This document shows, piece after piece, positions 58,298-64,000 of a stretch of DNA of 64,000 bases (its first letter is position 1; the number at the start of each line of letters is the position of its first letter). A model generated the notes under the pieces. It did not search any database. It was given only the letters and a program-made list of their open reading frames with translations, and was not told where the DNA came from. The translations under genes and the position numbers were made by a program. This DNA comes from Chloroflexota bacterium (lineage in GTDB: Bacteria > Chloroflexota > Dehalococcoidia > UBA2979): contig JAQCIU010000006.1 in NCBI GenBank assembly GCA_027593235.1, positions 1-64,000 of the forward strand, written 5' to 3'.

Positions 58298-60109
58298 CGG
58301 CTCCACCGCACTGAGCTGACGGATCAGCTCCAGCAGTTGGGCCGCCTCTTCCAGTGTCAGGTCGCCCTGCAGATCCTGGAGCGCCTGCTCCAGCGCCGCC
58401 TGCGCCTGCTCCAGCGACAGCGCTCCACCCGGATCGTCGGTCGCCGTCCCCGGAGTGTCGCTGCCCGGCTCCGTGCCCGGTTGATCGCTGCCCGCGGCCG
58501 GGGTCGGCTCCCCCGGGGTCGATTGGCCATCGGGTTGTTGGCTCGGTTGCTCGCCCGGCCCATCACCCTGCGTCCCGTCATCCGGACCGCCCTCGCCCGG
58601 ATCGCTGTCGGGTGACTCGCCGTCAGAGGACCCCGGCGAGTCGCCGGGCTCCGGCGTCGCCTCCGGGGTGCTGGTCGGCTCGTCGGGATTGTCAGTACCC
58701 ACGTCGGGCGGCTGCAGGCGCGCCAGCACCCACTCCAGGTTCGCCTTCGCTTCGGCATCGTCCGGATCGATCCGCAGCACGCCGATGTAGCGTCGCCGCG
58801 CCTCCTCGAGCGCCCCGCGCGCCACCGCGTGGTTCCCCAGCGCGTAGCCAATCAGCGCCGCCAGCACGTTGTCGTCCACCCGCGTCAGCGCATCCCCCGC
58901 CGCTACCGAGGCCTCCTCGTAACGACGCAGCCGGTTCAGCGTGTTACCGACGTTGTAGCCGACCGCCGGCTCACCCGGCGACGCCAGCAGCGCATCGCGG
59001 TACTCGATCAACGCTTCGTCGTAGAACGCCTGGTCGTAGGCCGCGTTGCCGTCCGCCACCAGTTGGTAGAGCTGCGACCCGCCACACGCCCCGAGCAGCA
59101 ACGTACCGAGGATCGCCGTCGCCCCGAGGTGCCGGCGCGTCAGCACCCGCGATCGCCGGCCCGCCGCCTCGCCGACGACCATCGGCAACAGCAACAACAG
59201 CACGGCGGGCACCAGGAACCACTGGAAGCGCTCGATCGGCTGCTGCCCCGTGTCGTCCCCAAACTCGCTCTGTCGGAGCCGCTGAACCTCGATCGCCAGC
59301 CCCGCGATCGCGTTCAGCTCCCGGAAATCGCCGCCCGTCGCCGTCGCGATCGCGCGTAACGTCTCGCGGTCCGCGCGGCTGATCGCCAGCGTTGCCGCGT
59401 CACCGGGAATCGCCGCCCCGGCGTCTGTGCCTACGGCCACCGTGAACACCGGGATGCCGTCGTTCGCCGCGCGTGCTGCTGCCGCCAACGCCGCCTCACC
59501 GAGGTCCTCGCCATCCGAGATGACGATGATCACCTGGCTCTCCGCCGCGTCCGGTACCGCCAGCACCGCGCGCGCCTCGTCGATCGCCGCGCCCAGATCG
59601 GTGCCCGCTGGCACCAGCTCCGCATCCCGCTGCGCCTGGTTCACGAGCTGCCCGAGCACCTCGAGGTCCAACGTCAGCGGCGACCGCGCGAAGGCCCGCC
59701 CGGAGAAGATCACGAGGCCGACACGATCGCTGCGCAGATGCGTCAGGAACTCCCCGACGCCCTCCGCCGCCGCGACCGATCGCGAGGGCAGCACGTCGCT
59801 CGTCGTCATCGACCGCGACACATCGAGGGCGATCGCGATGTCCACGCCCCGCCGTTCAGCGGGCGCATCCTCGGAGCCCCATTGCGGCCGCGCGATCGCC
59901 AGCACGAACAACACGACCGCAGCCACCAGCGACCACGTCCGCAAGCGTTGCAGCCGCCTCCGCCGGCCCAGCCGCAGCTCAGGTGCTCCGCCGTAGCGAG
60001 AATCCGCCCGCGCGCGGCGCCGCGCTTCCAGCCGCAAGAGCGCCCACCACGGCACCAGCACCAGGATCAACGCCAGCGACCACGGCTCACCGAACGAGAG
60101 GCCGAGCAT
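58253..60109 (-). CDS. VWA + TPR protein (BatB-BatC-like fusion)
   Basis: ARPQWG, LDVSRSM MIDAS, DRVGLVIF, SDGED, TPR repeats, acidic tail. TGATG coupling with the upstream gene. Confidence 0.88.
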   Translation of the reverse strand: MLGLSFGEPWSLALILVLVPWWALLRLEARRRARADSRYGGAPELRLGRRRRLQRLRTWSLVAAVVLFVLAIARPQWGSEDAPAERRGVDIAIALDVSRSMTTSDVLPSRSVAAAEGVGEFLTHLRSDRVGLVIFSGRAFARSPLTLDLEVLGQLVNQAQRDAELVPAGTDLGAAIDEARAVLAVPDAAESQVIIVISDGEDLGEAALAAAARAANDGIPVFTVAVGTDAGAAIPGDAATLAISRADRETLRAIATATGGDFRELNAIAGLAIEVQRLRQSEFGDDTGQQPIERFQWFLVPAVLLLLLPMVVGEAAGRRSRVLTRRHLGATAILGTLLLGACGGSQLYQLVADGNAAYDQAFYDEALIEYRDALLASPGEPAVGYNVGNTLNRLRRYEEASVAAGDALTRVDDNVLAALIGYALGNHAVARGALEEARRRYIGVLRIDPDDAEAKANLEWVLARLQPPDVGTDNPDEPTSTPEATPEPGDSPGSSDGESPDSDPGEGGPDDGTQGDGPGEQPSQQPDGQSTPGEPTPAAGSDQPGTEPGSDTPGTATDDPGGALSLEQAQAALEQALQDLQGDLTLEEAAQLLELIRQLSAVEPLDGVGSSRGGFGDR

Positions 60110-61059
60110 CACGGGTACCGCCGCAGCCACGTCGCGCGCAGCGCGCTCTCACTCAGCAACAGCAGCAGCGCACCGGCCAGGAACCACGGCGCGTACTCGC
60201 GGAACGCCACGAACCGCCGCTCCCCCAGCCGCGAGCGTTCCAGCTCGCCGATATCCGCGTACGCCCGTGCCAGCTCTTCGCGGTCGCGCGCGTTGTAGTA
60301 CTCCGCGTCCGTGCTCCGCGCGATCGCCCGCAGCGACACCTCGTTAATCGGGATCTGCCCGCCAATCGCGCCGCTGAGGAAGCCAATCGTGTAGACGCGC
60401 ACGTCCAGCGCCGTCGCAAGCTGCGCCGCGACCTCCGGCGTGATCGCGCCCGCGTTGTTCTGCCCGTCCGTCAGCAGCACCACCACGCGGCTCCGCGCCG
60501 GCGAATCCTCCACCAGCGTCAGCGCTTCGCTGATCCCGAGGCCAATCGCCGTCCCGTCATCGATCAACCCCGGCGCGATCGCGCGCACCTGCCGCTGGAT
60601 CGCCGTCGTGTCGTGCGTCAACGGCGACAGCGTCAACGCGCGCGTTTGGAAGATCACCAGCCCGACGCGGTCACCCTCCAGCGTCTCCACGAATGAGGCC
60701 ACCACCTCCTGTGCCTCCGACAGCCGCGTTGCGCCCCGCTCGCTGCGCGTCAGCGTCAGCATCGAGCTCGACACATCGAGGGCGATCACGATGTCGACGC
60801 CCTCGGACGGAACCTGCGTCACCGCGAGACCCTGGCGCGGCCGCGCCAACGCGATCACCGCGAACGCGATCGCCGCCCAGCGCAACGCCGAGGGCAACCA
60901 GCGCAGCCGCAGCCGCCAGCTCGGCCGTGCCGCCGCGCGAATCGCCTCCAGCGAGCCGATCGCCAGATCTGCCGGTCGGCGTGGCCGCACGATCTGCATC
61001 AACGCCAGCACGCCAACCAGCGGCAGCAGCCAGAGCAGCAGCGGCGTCGCGAACGTCAC
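60109..61059 (-). CDS. BatA-like VWA protein
   Basis: ALARP, GVDIVIALDVSSSM, DGTAIG, LLTDGQNNAG.I.P, VYTIG. Confidence 0.9.
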   Translation of the reverse strand: MTFATPLLLWLLPLVGVLALMQIVRPRRPADLAIGSLEAIRAAARPSWRLRLRWLPSALRWAAIAFAVIALARPRQGLAVTQVPSEGVDIVIALDVSSSMLTLTRSERGATRLSEAQEVVASFVETLEGDRVGLVIFQTRALTLSPLTHDTTAIQRQVRAIAPGLIDDGTAIGLGISEALTLVEDSPARSRVVVLLTDGQNNAGAITPEVAAQLATALDVRVYTIGFLSGAIGGQIPINEVSLRAIARSTDAEYYNARDREELARAYADIGELERSRLGERRFVAFREYAPWFLAGALLLLLSESALRATWLRRYP

Positions 61060-62069
61060 GCGCTCACCGCCTGTCGCAACTCACCGCGGCGTGGCCGCGA
61101 CAGCTCCACGATCTCGTAGGCCACGGTCAGGTCGTGGTCCGCCGAGGCAGGATCCGGCTGGGCACGCGCGTAAACCGCGGCGTCGCACCGCTCCAGCAGC
61201 CCGGCGACCAGCCGCGCCTGCCAGCGTCCCACCCCCGCGCCCGCGAACCGCTCGCGCAGCTCCCCCGTGGTCAGCGCCGTCGCGTTGAAGCCGTGCCGCT
61301 CCGCTAGGTAGGCGCGCGTCGCGATCGACAGTTCGCCGTAGAAATGGCGGTAGGCGGCGCGGTCGACCAGCGCCACGCCCCGCAACGCATCGAGGCGTGC
61401 GCGGGCACGGTCCTCGGGCGATCGGACATCCTCGATCGGCACCGCCGGCTGCGCGATCGGACGGCGCCGGCGTTGCCAGGCCAGCGCCGCCGCGGCGGCT
61501 AGGGCGACACCGCCGAGGCCCAGCGGCACCTCGCTGCGTTGCCACCACGCCGGCGGCGTCCCGGCGCTCGCCTGTGGCTTCAGCGGACGTAGTTCCTCGT
61601 CACCGGCCGCGCGCACCGGCACGATCCGCAGGATCGGCGGGGGGCCCACCCCCCCCCCCCCGCTCGTGCCGTCCGAGGCCAACCACGACACCCGGATGTC
61701 CCCGGGGTGCAGATCCCCGAGGCTATACGCCGCGATCGTGAACTCGAAGGTGGTCGTGGCCATCCCCGGCGTGCCCGTGCTCGGATCGTCGAACACCAGC
61801 TCCTCGGGCCGCGCTTCGAGCAGGTCGATGTTCTCGACACGCACCGGCTGATCGCTGCTGACCAGCAGGTCCTGGCTATGCCGCACCGTCACGACGAGTT
61901 GCACCCGCTCACCAAGCGTCGCCGCACGCGGCCGCAACGAAGCGCTCACCTCGAACGCCGGTGTCGCCTCCTGCGCCGCCACGTGCGGACGGTCGAGGGC
62001 CGTCGCGAACGACACCCCGATCACCGCCAGCACCACGGCGACCACGACAAGGACCGCGGGGCGCCTCAC
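61056..62069 (-). CDS. Bat-operon membrane protein (Ig-like extracellular domain, TM, helical C-terminus)
   Basis: Signal/TM segment, beta-rich domain, TM, R.YL..R.G..A...TT.E motif. Coupled to its neighbours by 4-nt overlaps. Confidence 0.75.
   Translation of the reverse strand: MRRPAVLVVVAVVLAVIGVSFATALDRPHVAAQEATPAFEVSASLRPRAATLGERVQLVVTVRHSQDLLVSSDQPVRVENIDLLEARPEELVFDDPSTGTPGMATTTFEFTIAAYSLGDLHPGDIRVSWLASDGTSGGGGVGPPPILRIVPVRAAGDEELRPLKPQASAGTPPAWWQRSEVPLGLGGVALAAAAALAWQRRRRPIAQPAVPIEDVRSPEDRARARLDALRGVALVDRAAYRHFYGELSIATRAYLAERHGFNATALTTGELRERFAGAGVGRWQARLVAGLLERCDAAVYARAQPDPASADHDLTVAYEIVELSRPRRGELRQAVSA
61649..61661. repeat. C13 (G13 on the coding strand) homopolymer
   Basis: Thirteen consecutive C residues; encodes GGGG-V in frame. 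Confidence 0.9.
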
Positions 62070-63007
62070 CGACGCATCGCCCGCGTGCGGAAGAAGCGCG
62101 CGATCGGCGCCACCAGGTCGCCATCGAGGTGGATCTCCACCTCGTCCACCCCGGCCGCCGCCAGCGTTCGCCGTCGCTCGGCCGCCCGCTCCGCCGCCAC
62201 CTGCGCATACCGCGCGCGCAGCGCCCCGCTCGAGGTGTCCACGAGCTGCCCCGGCTCACCCTCGGCACCGGCGAATCGCACGATCCCCAGGTCGGGCAAC
62301 GCGAGGTCCGTCGGGTCGACAAGCACCAGCGCGATCACGTCGTGCCGCCGGCCAAGCGTGCGCAGCGAGTCGACATAACCCGTATCGAAGAAGTCCGAGA
62401 TCAAGAACACCACGGACCGCCGTCGCAACGCGCGCGACAGGTAGTCGCACGCCGCTGCGATCCGCGTACCGGAAGTCGGCTTCGGGTGCCTCAGCACATC
62501 CCGCACGAGCCGTAGCACGTGATTCACGCCGCGCTTGGGCGGAACGAACCGCTCCACCTCACCGGCGAACGTGAGCAGACCGACCCGATCGTGATGTTGC
62601 GCCGCCGTGAAACCCAGCAGCGCAGTCAGCTCCGCGGCCGCGCCGAGCCGCCCATCCGTGCGGTGCGCGACGAGCTGCGAGTCGGAGATGTCCACCGCGC
62701 AGATCACCGACAGCTCGCGCTCCTCGACGTACTCCTTCACCCACGGCACGCCCATCCGCGCGGTGACGTTCCAGTCGATGAAACGCACGTCGTCGCCGGG
62801 CACGTACTCGCGCGCCTCCGCGAACTCGATGCCGGTGCCACGAAACACGGAGCGGTAGTCGCCGCCCAGCACCGCGCTCGCCAGCCGTCGTGTACGAATT
62901 TCGATCCGTCGGATCCGCTCGCGGTCGGCGATCGTCAGCCCGCCGCCCTGGTCAGTCGGACCGCGTTCCGGCTCGGCCGGGTCGGCACGACGTCGCCAGC
63001 GCAGCAC
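62066..63007 (-). CDS. DUF58 protein (Bat-operon type)
   Basis: YRSVFRGTGIEFAEAREYVPGDDVRFIDWNVTAR, EERE, DISDS, FLISDF. Confidence 0.94.
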   Translation of the reverse strand: MLRWRRRADPAEPERGPTDQGGGLTIADRERIRRIEIRTRRLASAVLGGDYRSVFRGTGIEFAEAREYVPGDDVRFIDWNVTARMGVPWVKEYVEERELSVICAVDISDSQLVAHRTDGRLGAAAELTALLGFTAAQHHDRVGLLTFAGEVERFVPPKRGVNHVLRLVRDVLRHPKPTSGTRIAAACDYLSRALRRRSVVFLISDFFDTGYVDSLRTLGRRHDVIALVLVDPTDLALPDLGIVRFAGAEGEPGQLVDTSSGALRARYAQVAAERAAERRRTLAAAGVDEVEIHLDGDLVAPIARFFRTRAMRR

Positions 63008-63996
63008 TACGGGATCCCAACGCCCTCAAGCAGGCGCGCCACCACGTCCTCGGGAGACACGCTCTGTGCCTCGGCCTCGTAGGTCAGCACCACGCGATGC
63101 CGCAACACGTCCGGTGCCAGCGCCTTCACGTCGTCCGGTGTCGCGTAGTCACGGCCCTGGACGAAGGCATATGCCTGCGCGCCACGCGCCAGGAACGTCG
63201 CGGCGCGGGGAGACGCGCCGTAATCGATCAGCGGCGTCAGGTCGTTCAACCGGTAGCGCGCCGGCTCTCGAGTCGCATCGATCAGCCGCAGGATGTACTC
63301 GCGCAGCGGCTCGTTCACCTCCACGGCCCGCACCGCAGGCCGCAGCGCCGCGATCTCCGCCGCCCCGGCCACTGCCTCCAGCGCCTCCGGTTCGGCATCG
63401 AGGGCCTGCTTCAGGATCGTGCGCTCGTCCTCGCGCCCCGGGTAGCCGACCAGGATTTTCAGCATGAAGCGGTCGAGCTGCGCTTCCGGCAGGGGGTAGG
63501 TCCCCTCCTGTTCAATCGGGTTCTGCGTCGCCAGCACCAGGAACGGATCCGGCAGCTTCAGCGTCTCTCCGCCGATCGAGACCTGCCGCTCCTGCATCGC
63601 CTCCAGCAGCGCCGATTGCACCTTCGCCGGCGCGCGGTTGATCTCGTCCGCCAGCACGATGTTCGCGAAGATCGGGCCGCGCCGTACCGCGAACTCGCCC
63701 TCCCGAGGGTTGAAGATCAGCGTCCCGGTGATGTCCGCCGGCAACAGGTCCGGCGTGAACTGCACCCGCGAGAAGCTCGCGTGCAGCACCTCAGCCAGGC
63801 TCTGCACCGTCAGCGTCTTCGCCAGCCCGGGCACGCCCTCGATCAGCGCGTGATTGTTGGTGAACAACGCCACCAGCAGGCGATCGATCAGCTCATGCTG
63901 ACCAACGATCACCCGTCCAATGCCGCCACGAATCGCCGAAACCACCTCGTGCAGGTGTTCGGGGGGCGTGAGCCGCTCTGCCGCCGGTTGCGCCAT
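63007..63996 (-). CDS. moxR: MoxR family AAA+ ATPase (Bat-operon type)
   Basis: [45 protein letters not shown]. Confidence 0.95.
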   Translation of the reverse strand: MAQPAAERLTPPEHLHEVVSAIRGGIGRVIVGQHELIDRLLVALFTNNHALIEGVPGLAKTLTVQSLAEVLHASFSRVQFTPDLLPADITGTLIFNPREGEFAVRRGPIFANIVLADEINRAPAKVQSALLEAMQERQVSIGGETLKLPDPFLVLATQNPIEQEGTYPLPEAQLDRFMLKILVGYPGREDERTILKQALDAEPEALEAVAGAAEIAALRPAVRAVEVNEPLREYILRLIDATREPARYRLNDLTPLIDYGASPRAATFLARGAQAYAFVQGRDYATPDDVKALAPDVLRHRVVLTYEAEAQSVSPEDVVARLLEGVGIP

Positions 63997-64000
63997 GTTC

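Overview
High-GC bacterial chromosome segment with about 55 densely packed, mostly housekeeping genes. I see no rRNA, tRNA, CRISPR array, transposase or prophage. The gene set suggests Chloroflexota, probably a Dehalococcoidia-type lineage that kept cell-wall genes (inference: T-box ileS, CIRCE/hrcA-grpE-dnaK-dnaJ-prmA, DnaK with the long N-terminal insert, class V FBP aldolase/phosphatase homologue, murJ, M23/LysM). Recognisable loci: rdgB (partial), fbp, folC, fabF, thpR, scpB, rimO, rodZ-like, rpsT, murJ, T-box+ileS, proB, dapB-asd-dapA, mug, purA, M16 peptidase, aldehyde:ferredoxin oxidoreductase, pyrG, tal, rho, fabH, the heat-shock operon and two convergent MoxR/DUF58 operons. The main signal is a set of intact ORFs whose catalytic residues appear specifically lost. 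These are an FBP aldolase/phosphatase homologue directly downstream of an apparently intact class I FBPase (best candidate for an undescribed system), a Cys->Ser ketosynthase coupled to fabH, a triad-less transglutaminase, and degenerate CitE-like and MBL-fold proteins. Also notable: a 41-aa ORF whose stop codon lies inside a perfect 20-bp hairpin, a probable AUU start for the LysM/M23 gene, a GIHH-motif IleRS2, a candidate attenuator and a G13 tract. All family calls and residue alignments were made by eye from remembered motifs; no database search was run.
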